Shown: positions 1-13,279 of the stretch, piece by piece
How positions within the stretch are numbered: position 1 is the first letter of the stretch
Layout: the number at the start of each line of letters is the position of its first letter
Assembly (NCBI GenBank): GCA_026770705.1
Contig: JANJGN010000026.1
Span: 31,124,001 to 31,188,000 of the forward strand
Direction of reading: 5' to 3'
Length of the DNA stretch: 64,000 bases
DNA from: Isurus oxyrinchus
Taxonomy: Eukaryota
Program-made: the position numbers and the translations under genes
The notes under the pieces: generated by a model
Told to the model about the DNA's origin: nothing
What the model saw: the letters and a program-made list of their open reading frames with translations, nothing else
Database searches by the model: none

Positions 1-205
1 GTCACTGTGTGACGTCAGTCGGCCTGGTTTGAAAGTTATTTGTGCTTCCTCCGAGAAGACAGGGGACTAAAATAATTGTTAAAGCTTTAAATCTTATATA
101 AATATGCAAAGAAGAAAAAACGATTAGTGAAGACAAATGTAGGTCTTTTACTGTCCGAAATGGGAGAATTTAGAATAGAAAACAAGGAAATGGCAGAGCT
201 ATTTA

Positions 206-678
206 AGTTTTTCTACAGGATGGACACGGAGCTGTGTATCCGTGGGTCTCAGAGCGCAGTCATGCACGGCAACCTCTGGCAGCTCCACCCAGAAACTCTC
301 AGCTGAAGCTTGCTCTCTGTGCTCAGTTCCTCTATAAGCCCCTTCTTGGTGAAGTCGGCTGATAAGGTGATATGTTGGCCAATTAGCAACAGGTTGACCG
401 GAGCCGACCGGGAGACTGCCAACACCAGAAAAGGCAATGAGCAATAACTGCTGGTTTAAAACGACAAGCCATCATCACCATTTCTCTTTCCCGCATTGTC
501 CTGTCCGAACATTGTTTACAAACAGAATCGCCGCTGGAACTGTTGTCTGGAAGAAAAACTGAACATTTAGAAACATTCGTCCCTTAACCGAACCTAATAG
601 CTATTTTTCTCTCGGATCCCACATGTGCATACACAGCAGAGAACGCTAAAACCAGCTGAAATAAACAGGGAAACACAT
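206..678 (-). pseudogene. TCR alpha/delta-type V pseudogene with decayed leader and 23-RSS
   Basis: Acceptor ttttcttccag, then exon from 546 reading NSSSGDSVCKQ...MACRFK...LFWCWQSPG; after frameshifts it ends ..VAVHDCALRP (245). Heptamer CACGGAT 244-238, 23-bp spacer, nonamer AGAAAAACT 214-206. Frameshifted leader-like stretch ~678-622. Confidence 0.8.
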
Positions 679-1689
679 CAGTGTTCGCGGGTCGCAACGT
701 GAGGACCGACCCCTTCTCTGCTGTGGCAAAAACCTCCACTAGCTCAGGAGCAAAATGAACTATTTCACCCTAAGACACACATAGGAATGGAGCCGTCTCT
801 GCCCCATATCATATCCTCTTAGGATAATATCACACCATCAGTGATAAGTGGGAACTGGGTCTGGCCTCTGTGAGTTCACTTGGCCGGCATTCCCGCCGCC
901 GGGACAGACGCACGTGCATTTATTCCTCGCGTCTTTTCAGTTGTATCAGTGAAGTTTAAAAACTCCCCGAGGTGTCGCTGTAAAAGACCCAGAGAATTAT
1001 AATTGTGGCAGGGCGTGTGAGTTTTAAAAATGTTAACAGGGGCCGTGACAGTGAGTTTTAGTGGGTTTAGGATTAAAGTCAATTTGCACAGAGTCCGTTA
1101 TTTTGGAATATGAATAAAGTCTTAATTCTTGGACTTCTGCTTCCCTACGGAAAGGTTACTTGTGGCGCTGCCATGTAAGCTGAAAAGAAGCTTTGTGGTT
1201 GGAGCTCTGACAAAGTCTGGCTCACTCGATTAATGTGTAATAGAACTTTAAATCTCGATCCCCAACTTTGAGGGTAATGTTTTTTAGTTTTAATCATGTT
1301 TTATTTTTGTCTAAAACATTGAAGGAAAGTATATTAATAGAATGCACAGTTACTAAAGGAACAGACATTCAAGTTCATCCACGCTATGCCGAAGAGAGAA
1401 TTATGGAGAAATTAAAGCATTAGTCCTCTGATGTTCACTTTCTTCATAACCATGTCTTGCTTTGAAGCTGAATGATGACGGGAATGGACACTGGGGGTTG
1501 TTTGAATCAGCGGCGTAAACCAGAGTTCGACACAAGATACTCTGAAAGGATATGAGCTTGTGAATGCATTTAAAACACAACCGGCAATTTATTAAAATTG
1601 AACTGTTGAAGTAGAAGTTGGGAGATAGATTGAAAGTACAGCAGCTCACTTTAGGACTGGCAACACGAAATTCTTCAAAGACATACATG

Positions 1690-1860
1690 CCGATACATAC
1701 GCACTCACGCAGGCGCACACAGGCACCACCACCCCACACACGCACACAGACACACGGACGCACGCAAACACAAACACACACACACACAGACAGACGCGCA
1801 TACGCACGCACACACCGACACACACAAACACACAGACACACACACATACAAACATACATT
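1690..1860. repeat. Degenerate (CA)n/(CACG)n microsatellite
   Basis: Directly visible; explains ORFs 1401-1859, 1618-1869 and 1646-1912. Confidence 0.9.
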
Positions 1861-2279
1861 GATCAATGAAGCGGAGGAAAATAGATTGTGCTCCTTTATG
1901 GAATTGTTGCAAGTTACTATTGCGCGTGGGAGTTAGGATCTTGCCTAATAAATGAACAAAGACGGGCGGAAAGGCAGCGCTTATCCTTAATGATCATGTG
2001 AACTAGAAAAAGACGGCATGGTATCTTTGCACCTCGGAGTTACATGAAGTCTACACGAGTGTTCACTTTGCTGGTTTCCGTGTGGGAGGAACTGCAGACG
2101 GGAGAATGTCGTTCAGTTAAATTTTTGAATAAAACTAATTAAAGAAACGGATTCGGAAGTAAAGGCATTATTTAAAAATGGAAGTTGTGTTTAGTTTATA
2201 TTATCAATTATTAAAGTATTATCAATGAGATGTTGGAAATATTTTCCATGAGAGTTTCAACCAGTATCTACTTCCAACT

Positions 2280-2760
2280 ATCATAGAAACGTGCAGCAGG
2301 AGCGAAGGCAGCTGGTAGTTAGCCATCCAGCCTAAACTTATTTCTCAGGGTTTGATCAGTCGCCTTATATGTTAAGACACGAAGGTGCATATGCTTTTTG
2401 TTAAATATTATGAAAGCTTCTACCTCTGGCATCTGTTCTCCTGTGAGTTACAGAAGTCCGCCGCCCTCTGGTTGAGAAAAAATCTCATTTTCCCTTTTAT
2501 ACCTCCCACTTCTTAATCTAAATCTATTCTCCCTTAGTTCTGGACCACTCAACAGAAGAGCTTAGATCATCGTATGCACTCTTTTCAAAGCTCTCGTTAT
2601 TTGATAAGCTTCCTTTAGGTCTCCCTCAACCTCCCCTTTTCCAACGAAAAGAACACAAGACTGCCCAATATTTCCTCATAGCTATTACTCTACAGTCCAT
2701 AAATATCCCCTGTATCCTCTCTCGTGCAATCACATTAATACTTTTTATAAAGTATCCCAT
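2280..2760 (-). mobile_element. Decayed CR1-type LINE 3' fragment
   Basis: Similar to the CR1 3' ends at 15674-16250 and 61760-62350; boundaries approximate. Confidence 0.6.
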
Positions 2761-3680
2761 TCTGTTCAAACTTATTATTCAATCCTAATTTCAGTCATAT
2801 GAATGAAGTATCGCATTGTTGTGTTCAAACTCCTTGGGGGTCATTGTCTTCCTGTATCCCCTGTGTATAGGTTGTGAGTAGTTCTAATGGGAAGTGAGAA
2901 AGCCATTCAGTGTAAGCAGCCAGCACTGATGCTGAAGCAACATTAACAATTTCCCTTCACTGTCCCAGCTCTCCAGTTTAGAGAATTTAGATTCTCTTGT
3001 AGCTGAAAAAAACAATGGCATTGAGTTGCTGCCCAAGCGTCCTGCGATCTGTTTCTTCCAGGGACTTGCATTCATCAGTTAAAGACTGGGAGTTCACACT
3101 GGCGGAATGACGGCGCTGAGCTGACTATGCTCAGAATGAGAAGTGAGAAAGAACAAAAGCACAACATGTGACTCAGGGACGAGCAGATTCAGCCTCCGAA
3201 ATGGTCCTTACTAATTTTTTTAACTGGCTGAGAAAGTCTCCCAACACATTGTTGGGTGACAGAATGAATCAAATTCTAGAATAGTTTGCATCGAGTATCT
3301 TTCTCATTCATACCCAAATAATTCACAACTAAATGTGCATCGATAACCTCCACAGGATAACACAAATTGTTTGCTTATCTATTTATATGTTGTTACGTTT
3401 ATGTATATTGTATGTTTGTCTGTGCGTGAGCGTGAAAATGCTTATTTCTGCCTCCCTGAGTGTATCACGAGGCTTGGTGAATTATGCTGCAAAGATTTGG
3501 ATATACAAAAAATTTCAGCAAAACCCTGCAATTATTTCATGATCATATCACTGCAATAGTCTTGAGTGGGAGATAAAACAGACACCTTGGAAATCTGGAA
3601 TCGGCTCAAGCAAAGCTGTGCGATAGCGCCCTCACTATTTACAATCTGTCTGACAGTGTCTATTCACCTAAACAAAAATC

Positions 3681-3699
3681 AGCTGCCCTCTCGTGGCAG
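3681..3699 (-). promoter_or_regulatory. CTCF-binding-element-like motif
   Basis: Minus strand CTGCCACGAGAGGGCAGCT matches the CCASNAGRKGGCRS core. Confidence 0.5.
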
Positions 3700-4659
3700 T
3701 GTTAAGCACCGCTTCTGTGGAAAACTGTAACTCAGTCACCTCCGCACCAAAATTAAATTGACCATCAAATTATCAACAGTTTGAAGAGGACTGCGGTGTC
3801 ATTGTGCACTGTGCGGTGAGCTTACAAACCACTCTTGATTTCTTCAATTCTGCAAACAAGAGATTCGCCTGCCCTTGAAATTTTCCAAAACAAAACTCAA
3901 TTTTCAACTCACTTCTGGCCTGTCAAGTATTCTACCTGCCATAAATGTTGAAGGAGAGAATCCAGAATAAGCAGCAGCCAGTTCTCTCAAAAGGCCATCA
4001 CTGACGAGGAGATCCAACACCAGATCAACTGCACCAGTTTCACCTTCTGAAAACTACGACAGCGAGTGTTCACAAAAAAGACCTGCGCAAGTGAACAGAG
4101 GTCTGAAAGTACAGAGCAGTTGCCATCAAGAGGCTCCCGTACCGCAGTGAGACTTGGGCTGGTTATCAATGAAACCTAACAGCTCGAGAGGATTTCCATC
4201 AGCAATGACTCGCCACGCCATTTGGTTTCATGGTAGAACCATTGAACAAACAGTTGTGTCCCACTTGAAGTCAGCTCCATAAGCATTCACGAAAGACTTG
4301 TGCAAAATCAATTACAGTGGTCTGGAGACTGTGTCAGGATGGCCTAAAAGCGTCTCCCCCACCAGGTTCCTTTCTCTCAACTTTCCAATGGCCAACGCCT
4401 CAGAGAAGGGCAGAGAAAGCATCCCAAGGGCACCCTGAAGATCTCCTTGAAGTGCGGGGTAGATCTCGCACTGTACACCAGGGATGAGCAAACTTCCTTG
4501 CCCGAGGGCCACATCTGGGTATGGAAATCTTTTGTGGACCGTAAATGCTGCTGAACAATTAAAACAAATATTGATTTTGGTACAAATAAACATTATACAT
4601 TTGCGATTAGAATTGTTAAACCATCACAGAATTTATAGAATTATTCAAAATCACAAGAG

Positions 4660-4985
4660 TCTGGAAAGGGTATATTGGGAGAAACTCCTCCCATTTGTGG
4701 AAGGATCGATAACCAAAGGAGACAGCTCTAAGATAATTTGCAGAAGAAGCAACGGCGACATGAGGAAAAACTTTTCCATGCAGCGAATGATTAGGATCTG
4801 GAATGCAGGTTGATCGGGACTTTCAAAAGGGAACTGGGTCGTTATCTGTAAAAGATTTTAAAAAAAGACACAGGTTACGGGGAAAAGACTATGAATAGGA
4901 TTGGATGAATTTATCCTCCGGGGGCCAGCAAAAGCGCGAAGGACCCAACGATCTTCTTCTGTGCTCTTCCGACTCTATGAGTCTA
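4660..4985 (+). mobile_element. CR1-type LINE 3' end fragment
   Basis: ORF tail ..RSNGDMRKNFSMQRMIRIWN resembles the CR1 ORF2 C-terminus; ends in ctatga-type tail. Confidence 0.7.
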
Positions 4986-6000
4986 TTACGATGCATTGCA
5001 ATAATTTAACCAAACAGCCGCTTCTCACACTCTCTTGACTTCAAGTAAACAGCATAGTTTGTCACCCCTCATTACTAAGACATCAACGTATGGTTTCAGA
5101 CTTGTTCTGGAAATACACAATAAGTAATTGCGATGCTGGTGATTAGGTTGGTTCTGTAGAGCGTTTTGCTGCATTTCAGCAAAGAAAAGGTTTGTGTGTG
5201 CACATCGGTGGAGCCTAACATAACAGGGATTTTCTCTGCCACCTTGAAGATAATTGGGAGTGCAGGTTCTCTCCAGGAAGCAGAAAATCTGTCAAGTTAT
5301 TCTGGATTGTTGTTTTCCATGAAAGTTTTATCTTTATGCTGGAAAAGCTTCAGGTTGTCAGCCTTCTCTGTCACATTCTTCTGCCCTCCAGAAAGTTTGC
5401 AATGTTATGACAATAATGTGATTATGGGAAATTTATCTCTTACTTTGCCCTTGTGACAGGATGTTAAGGAAACTGGCCGACAGCCACAAAAGTTTAAACA
5501 AATCAAAGAACAAAGTCAGAAATTAAGGTAGAGAATCCTAGTCAGTCATCTATCTGCATTACAGCCAACACAGCTTCTGATGTTCTGATCTAATCAACTA
5601 TTTTATCTGCATCCCATCTGAAAGGTGCATCTCCGGACCTGCAGTAATCCCTCAGTTCTGCACTGCAGAATCAGCCTGATTGACTGGGACTTGAAGCCAG
5701 AACCGCCTGATTTAGAGGCAACAGCGCCACCAAGTGAATCACCATTGTCGCAGGGCAAGTAGAATATAAGTTTGGGTAACTTGGATTATTCATGGTTAAT
5801 TTTTTACTATTCAGGAAACAGCGGTGTTTAAACAGGAAATGGAGGAGGAGTCAGGTTTCTGAAGGGGAAGATGGTGAACCCCAGCCTGACACTGGGTTCC
5901 AGCCTGTTTAAAAAGTGAACGGAACAGCTTCAAATTAACAATTAGGAAGCAGTGTCGGGGAGTCTTTACAAGGCTGGAGAAACTTCTACCGAAAAAGCAA

Positions 6001-6469
6001 ATGATGGTGCTCTTCCTGTACCTCTGTTTGTTTCTAGTTAGCTTTACTTGTGAGTGCTGATCATTTATTGATCGTAGAGTCATTAATATTTTAAATATTC
6101 TGGTTTACTTTGTTGCATTTTAAAATGTCTCTTTTCATCGAGATTTGCTCCTTTATAATTTGCTCGTAGGTGTCCGGGCCAGCATTGTGCTAACCCAACC
6201 GGATTCCATCTCCAAAAACATTGGTGACACTCTCCAACTGTCTTGTGTGGTGAGTGGGTACGATATCAACCAACATCATATGCACTGGATTAGAGAGGTC
6301 GCCGGGGGAGGGTTGGAATCCATACTCGCTTATAGGAAAGGGTACAACACCTCTTACGCGCCTGGAGTTCAAAGTCGAATCACTTTTTCAACTGAATCTT
6401 CCACAACCTATGTTGAGTTGAATAATTTGAAAACCGAGGACACGGCCATCTATTACTGTGCGAAGCAGT
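6001..6469 (+). CDS. IgH-like V gene segment (leader exon 6001-6049, V exon 6170-6469), intact
   Basis: MMVLFLYLCLFLVSFT, GTGAGT donor, ...cgtAG acceptor, phase 1. V reads SIVLTQP..LSCVVSGYDINQHHMHWIRE..GLE..YAPGVQSRITFS..LKTEDTAIYYCAKQ, with canonical C, W and YYC. Confidence 0.93.
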
Positions 6470-6508
6470 CACGGTGAGAGAAACCAAGGCTGGACCCAGG
6501 AAAAAACA
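6470..6508 (+). other. 23-RSS of the IgH-like V
   Basis: CACGGTG, 23 bp, GAAAAAACA. Confidence 0.8.
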
Positions 6509-6841
6509 GAACGAGGGGGAATCTAAACGCTCCAGGCAGAACACCTCGTTCAGAAACAATGTTCGTAATACAGTCTGACTCTGAACCTCGAGTTACCCCT
6601 TAACAAATGAATTTCAGCAAAACAATTGTTTGCTTTCTCATGTGTATTATGTATAGCAAAAATGTTTGGAGACCCAGGGGCTAACGTTTCAACAATATGC
6701 TATTGAAGGATTTTAGAAGGACTGGCGATACATTCCTATCAGTTGGAATGAATCTGTCCTGAACACTTCTCATCGTTGACAGTAAAGCAAACGCTCGTGA
6801 AATGGAGTCTGAAAGTCAGGATTTGATCAGAAAGGGAATGC

Positions 6842-6917
6842 AGTATTTGTGCGGGCGTGTTGTCACTGTGATACTATGGGGTGGGGTATCACATTACTAA
6901 CTGTCAATACAAAAAAC
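6842..6917 (+). other. D segment (coding 6871-6889 ATACTATGGGGTGGGGTAT) flanked by 12-type RSSs
   Basis: AGTATTTGT-13bp-CACTGTG, D, CACATTA-12bp-ACAAAAAAC; G-rich core typical of shark D segments. Confidence 0.85.
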
Positions 6918-7245
6918 CCGACAGAACTTATAGGCTCAGTCTGGATCACTGACTGCGAGTATGAGTTCGCTATACATGTGGTGAAGCAGTGTTGATATTG
7001 TAATCCAGAACTGAAACTCTCGCCGGGTTTAAGAGAGAGAGAGAGAGAACTGCTAGATAATTATTCAGGAATCAGTTGGTGATTGGAAGAAGCATTCAAT
7101 TTGGGCAATCAAATGAGGAAAGACTGATGTATAAACATGAAAATTAATGAAATTGTACCTTTGTAATGCTTTAGAAATCTATTGTTAGTTGTGCGATGTT
7201 ACTTTCTAAAAGAATGGCCTCTTTCCTCAATTTTATGCAGGACCC

Positions 7246-7344
7246 ATTTATTGTGTGGCCCATTGCAGGGAATGTAACACAGTGGTACTGATAGCCTTGA
7301 CTACTGGGGACAAGGTACCAAAGTTACAGTGACGGCAGGTAAGA
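7246..7344 (+). CDS. IgH-type J segment (coding 7285-7338) with 23-RSS and splice donor
   Basis: ATTTATTGT-23bp-CACAGTG, then TDSLDYWGQGTKVTVTA and G|GTAAGA phase-1 donor; WGxG is the JH signature. Confidence 0.92.
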
Positions 7345-7944
7345 AACATGCACTATCTTAATAATTAGGTTATATTCCTGTCTTTATCTTAAATTATGTT
7401 TTTTTTTAAATTAATTACTTTGGCCATCCATTATGATTAGTGGGCTCTTTAAGTTTGAATGCAATGTTACTTGTGATTGTGCTCAAGGTGCTGTTAGAAT
7501 AAAGCGACTGTTCCAGAGTAGGTGCCGGTCTGGGGTTGAACCTCTCACTAAACTGTTGATGTTATACGGACAGAATCTGACAACAGTAAACAAATGAGTT
7601 CTGTGACAGTCTATGTCTCTGGCCCTTTTCATGATATACTGATATTCTTTGAGATGATGTGATACCGTAGTATTGCGACAGAGTTGAACATTCGCGAATC
7701 TTCGCTGTGAAACACAGAACTATTTCAAATAGACCATTGCTAAGTCCGTCATTTGAAATACACTCCGAGAGCAGATCTGTTTTATGTCATGTTATTATGT
7801 TTTACAATGTGGATAATTTACCGCGAGCATCTAGTGAGAAAAGAATATTAGAATCACAGATCATTTCAATGTGATTTTATTGAAGAAAGAAAAGCATTTG
7901 CCGGTTGTGCGTAACTTTTGGAACGATACACGATATATTCATAA

Positions 7945-8110
7945 AAAAGCAAAATACTGTGGATGCTGGAAATCTGAACTAAAAACAGAAAATGCAGGAA
8001 CAACTCAGCACGTTTGGCAGCATCTATGGAGAATGAAACAAAGTTAACGTTTCGAGATCGTATGGCTCTTCTTCAGAGTTCTGACTCGAAACATTAACAC
8101 TGTTTCTCAC
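7945..8110 (-). mobile_element. Short Penelope-derived terminal element with hammerhead-like core
   Basis: Same sequence as the end of the GIY-YIG element at 47375-47510; CTGAAGA (8076-8070) ... GAAAC (8053-8049) on the minus strand. Confidence 0.65.
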
Positions 8111-8789
8111 TCAATTTGTTAATATTGATTAAGTTTATATTGGAAGCCCTAAATTGAACAGAGTGATGGAGTGTAGTGTGATAGCCTCTAAAACACAAAA
8201 GTTATCAGACACAAACAGTTGCAAATTTCACATTTGTTCATCTTATTAAAATACAACAAACATTTACAAATTTCGGAGGTGATTTAGAGAACGATTTAAA
8301 TTCGTTTTTTCCTAATATGTGAAATACGCCCTGAGAATAGACGGAGTTTATGCTATATCATTTTGTTCAAAAACATATAATGTTTATAAGGGTGCAAGCA
8401 GATAGTAAGACTGCTCATTTTAAATCAATGAAGTTGAATTTGCTTCAAGTAAAATAACATTAACCAAATGTTTTCATATATTGAGTGGACACTAAATTTT
8501 TAATATTGATAAAGTATCCTGTTAACCTAACTTGAACGGTAAAATCTCGCGAATTACCAGGCAGGAGCAGGATTGAAATTGATATTAACTAATACCTTTA
8601 TAATACAGGATACATGAACGAATGGATATTATCTTGCACGAATATTATCTGACAATAATTCGAACTTTTTATCGCATCAAACATAAACAACCTTCTACAA
8701 TTTCATTGTAAACTGGCCAGGATTACCATGAGTGCAAATTCTGAAGGGTTGCAGAGAATATTTATTGATATGACAGAGCCCTGGAATAA

Positions 8790-10960
8790 TAGAGTCACTG
8801 TGGGCAGGAAGGCATTCGGGGCATCGAGTGCATGCTGGACGTCTGTAGAACAAACCAGTTAGTCACACTCCAATGCTGTACCCTCATAGCCCTGGAAGTT
8901 TTGACTTCCCTGTCGTGTCAATCTAATTTCCTTTCTCAAATCATTGATAGTGTCCACCATTGCCAGCATATTTGGCAACGAGTCATACCATGCGCTTCAC
9001 AAAAGTCTCTTCCTCACACTGCCAGTACCTTTTTGTCAAAAACTTTACAACACGTGTCCCAAAACTCTTGAACTATTAATTAATGAAAACACCTTTTCTT
9101 TGCCTATTTCTGTGACACTTTTTATATTTTTGCACATTTTATCAAATCTCCCCTTACTCTCCTTTCCTCCAAGGACAACCCAGCTTCTCCAATATAACAT
9201 TGTAGCTGAATTTCCTTAAGCCTAGAAGCATTCTGGTAAATCCCCTCTGCATCCTTTCAAGGACAGCCACAGCTTTCCTAAAGTGTGGTTACCAGAACTG
9301 GATGCAAAACTCAATTTTCTACCTCACCAGTGATTTATTAAGGATCAGCATAATTTTCCTGATTTTGTACTCAATTCCTTTATTTATGACGCCCAAGATC
9401 CAAATGCATTGCTAAATGATCTCTCAATATGCCCAGCCACATTCAAAGGTCGATGCATATGGACCTCAGGTCCCTCTCCCATCGTGCATTCCTTAGAACG
9501 GTACCTTTAAATCTATATTGCCCCTCCCAGGCTCGACTGCGAAAATGCATCACCTCTCAATTCTGTGTTAAATTCCATCAGAACTTGTTTACCCCTCTGC
9601 TAGCCCATCTAGTTTCTGTTGCAGCCGCTCGTATCACGCTCACTGTTTGTGACACCTCAAGCCTTGGTATCATCCACATATTTTGAAACTTCATTCCGCA
9701 TTCCAATGTCCAAGGCATAGAATCTCAATTTATTGCATTTGATCTGCTTTTTACTTGATCAATTTTGCTGATATGCATTATGCACCCTCTATTTTGTTTA
9801 ATCACATTTACTATCTCCCCCCTCCATCCAAGGAGCAATGACTTTGGTTCTCCTACGTTTTGCTCTTATTGGAATGTAACAAGGTTGCACCGAAAATATC
9901 TTGTCCTTAAAATCATCCGTTGTTCCGTTGCTGCTTTTTTTCTCAGTCTTTGGTTCTATTTTAACTAAATCCCCTCACATTACATTAAATTTAGTCCTCT
10001 TCCAATTCAGAAGTTTTACTTTAGATTGTTACTTGCTGTTCTGTATTACTAGTCAGAACCATATGACACGATGATCACTTCTATTCATGTGTTTTCCACA
10101 GACATTTAGCCCATGTAATCCACGTTATTCCCCAACCCAAACTCCAGTAATTCCTCCTTCCTGGTTGGGCCGGAAGCAGACTGGATAAGGAATTCGCCCT
10201 GAACACATTTGCTAAATTCCTCCCACTCCTTATCCTTCCCTAAAACATTATTTCAATCGACATTTGGGTAATCAGAAAGTCCCAAAATAACACAAGTATT
10301 TGCATCTCTGTGATTTCCCTACAGATTCGCTCTCCTTTTTTCTTTCTCTCTCACTCCTGCCTCTCTTTCACTCTTTCTCCCCACCACCCCACCCCCACCC
10401 CCACCCCCCACCCCCACTCTCTCCCACTCATCCCTCTCTCTTTCTCTCTCTTTCGGACTCTCCATTTGGCCAATACAATACCCTTCACAGCGTGGTCAAC
10501 CGTTTTCCACTTCTCAGCTCGAATCAAATTGATTCTTCTCTTGTCGCCTCAAGGACATCGTCTCCTTCCAACACTGTAATGTCTTTCCCAGTCAACACCG
10601 CAACCCCACCTCCTCTTCGCCCTCCCCTGTCTTCGTGCTTACCATTTCTAAGCCGGATTTCCCTCATAGTTACTACATCATTGTCCAAACGGATATTTGT
10701 GATTGCAACTCACCAACTTTATTCACCAGACTCTTTGCTCTCACATACCCACATTTCAAACCTATCTTTGGATTGCCCGTCAACCATTTTAGTCCATTCT
10801 ATCTGATATGATGCTATTTCATTCTCTATTAATATCCAACAGTCTACCTCAATTTATGTATTTTATTAACCTGTTCTCCTAAGATATGTTGATGTCCACC
10901 CGCCCTCCACCCCCGAGAATTTAGTCCAAAACATCTCCAGCAACTCTAGTGAATGTTTTT
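8790..10960 (-). mobile_element. Heavily decayed CR1-type LINE
   Basis: Patchy similarity to other CR1 copies in the window; boundaries approximate. Confidence 0.6.
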
Positions 10961-13130
10961 CTTCATTCTTTCATGTGGGCGGCGCTAGCTAGACCACCAT
11001 TAATTGCCTATTCGTATTGGCCTTAAGAACCTGGTTATTAGTTGTCTCCTTGAACCGCTGCAGTCCATGTGGCCTAGATACTCAAGCAGTGCTGTGAGAA
11101 AGACAGTTCCAAGGTTTTAACTTGGTGCCAGTGAAGGAATAGTGGTGTAGTACCAAGTCGGGATATGTGTGCCGTTTGCAGGGTAATTTGTAGGTGATGG
11201 TGTTCACATGCATTTGCTGCCAATGTCCTTCTAGGTGGCACAGGTCACTTGTTTGGAAGGTACTGTCGAAGGAGCCTTAGTGAGTTGCTGCTGTGCATAA
11301 TTTAGATGATACACGCTGCTGCCACCATGCGTTAGTGGTGGAGGGAGTGACTGCTAAAGGTAGTGGATAGAGGGCAGGGGTCGCAGTCAAGCGGGCTGCT
11401 TTTTCCTGGACGGTGTCGAGCTTCTTGAGTGTTTTATGGGCTGTACTCGCCCAGGCGAGTGGACAGCTTGCCATCACACTCCTGACTTATGTCTTGTAGA
11501 TGGTGGACAGGATTTGTACAATCAGATATTAAGTACCTCGCTACCGAATTCCCAGCCTCTGAACTGCCTTTGTCGCCAAAGCACTGCTATGCATTGTCCA
11601 CTTCTGTTTTGGGGAAATGACTATCCCAAAGATGTTGATAGTGGAGGATTCAGCGGTGGTAATGCCATTGAATGTCAAGGGGAGATGTTTGGATAAGCTT
11701 TTGTTGGATATGTTCGTTGCTTGGCAATTGTGTGGCGAGAATGATATTTGTCACTTATAAGATCAAGCCAGAAAGTTGTTCTTGTCTTGCTGCAGCAGTT
11801 GGACATGTACGGCTGCAGTGTCTGAGGAGTCACGGGTGGTGTTGAACATTGTGCAATCATCAGCAAACATCCCCACCTTATAATAGAGGGCGGCTCATTG
11901 ATGATGCAGCTGAAGATAGTTGGGCCTAGGCCACTACCCCGAGGAACTCCTGCAATGATGTCCTGCGACTGAGATGGATGACCTTCAAAAGCAATCATCT
12001 TCATTTGTGCTAGGCATAGCTCCAGTCAGTGGAAAGTTTTCTCCTGATTCCCATTGACTCCACTTTTGCTACGGCTCCCTGATGACCTAGTCAGTCAAAA
12101 GCTGCCTTGTCGCCAAGAGCCGTCATTCTCACTTCACATCTTCCTTTCTGCTATTTTGTCCTTGTTTGAACTAAAGCTGTAATAAGGCCAGGAGCTGAGT
12201 GGCCATGAAGGACCTCAAACTGAGCGCCGGTGAACAGGTTATTGCTGAGTTACTGACGCTTGATAGCACTGTCAATGACACTTTCCAACGGTCTGCTAAT
12301 GATCGAGAGCAGACTGATGGTTCAGTAATTGACCTGGTTGGATTTGTCCTGCTTTTTCCGCACAAGACACACTGGGAAATGTTCCACATTGCCGGATAGA
12401 TGTCACTTGTAACTGTGCTGGAACGGCTCGGCTAGCGGTGTGGCTCATCCTGGAGCACTGCTTTTGCAGTATGCAGTGCCTTCAGCCGTTTCTTGATATC
12501 ACGTGGTTTGAATCGAATTGGCTGAAGACTGGTATCTGTTATGCTGGATACCTCAGGACCAGGCCGAGATGGATTACCCACTCGGCACTTCTGGAGTAAG
12601 GTTGTTGTAAATGCTTCAGCCTTGCATTTTGCACTGATGTGCTGGGCTGCTCCATCATTGAGGATGGGGATATTTGTGGAGCCTCCTCCTCATATTCATT
12701 GTTGAATTGTCTATCGCCAGTCACGGCTGGAAGTAGCAGGATTGAAGAGCTTAGAGCTGATCCATTGGTTGTGGGATTGCTTAGCTTTATCTATAGCATA
12801 TTGATTCCGCTCATTGACACACAAGTAGTCCTGTGTTGTGGCTTCACCAGGGTGACGCCTTATTTTTAGGTATGCCTGGTGCTACTCTTGGATTGCCCTC
12901 CTGCACTGTTCATTGAACGAGGGTTTATGCCCCGGTTTGAAGGTAATGGTGGAGTGAGAGATGTACCAGGCCATGAGGTTACAAATTGTAATTGTGTACA
13001 TTTGTGCTGCTTCTGATGGCCCAGTGCCTCAAGGTTGCACAGTCTTGAGTTGCTTGATCTGTTTGCAATCTATCCCAATGAGAGCGGTGGTAGTGGCACA
13101 CAACACGGTGGAGGTGTCTTCAATGTGAAC
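10960..13130 (-). mobile_element. Non-LTR retrotransposon (CR1-clade RT) fragment
   Basis: ORF remnants GVPRGSGLGPTIFSCIINE and LAWASTAHKTLKKLDTVQEKAARL; same family as 27090-27890. Confidence 0.85.
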
Positions 13131-13279
13131 ACGTGTGCATTAAGTTAAAATGTGACTTAATTGAGAAAACATTTCCCTTGGAAGGCGTCCGAGTTTATAA
13201 CCTGTGACTCCAGATTTTAATGCATTAACTTTCTGTTATTTCCCTTGATAGTTTTAGAGGTTACATTTTTGAAATTATT

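Noticed and set aside
3755-3820. V 3'-end-like INSLKRTAVSLC and a CACTGTG heptamer
   Set aside because: No nonamer at 12 or 23 bp and no other V motifs; cannot be supported.
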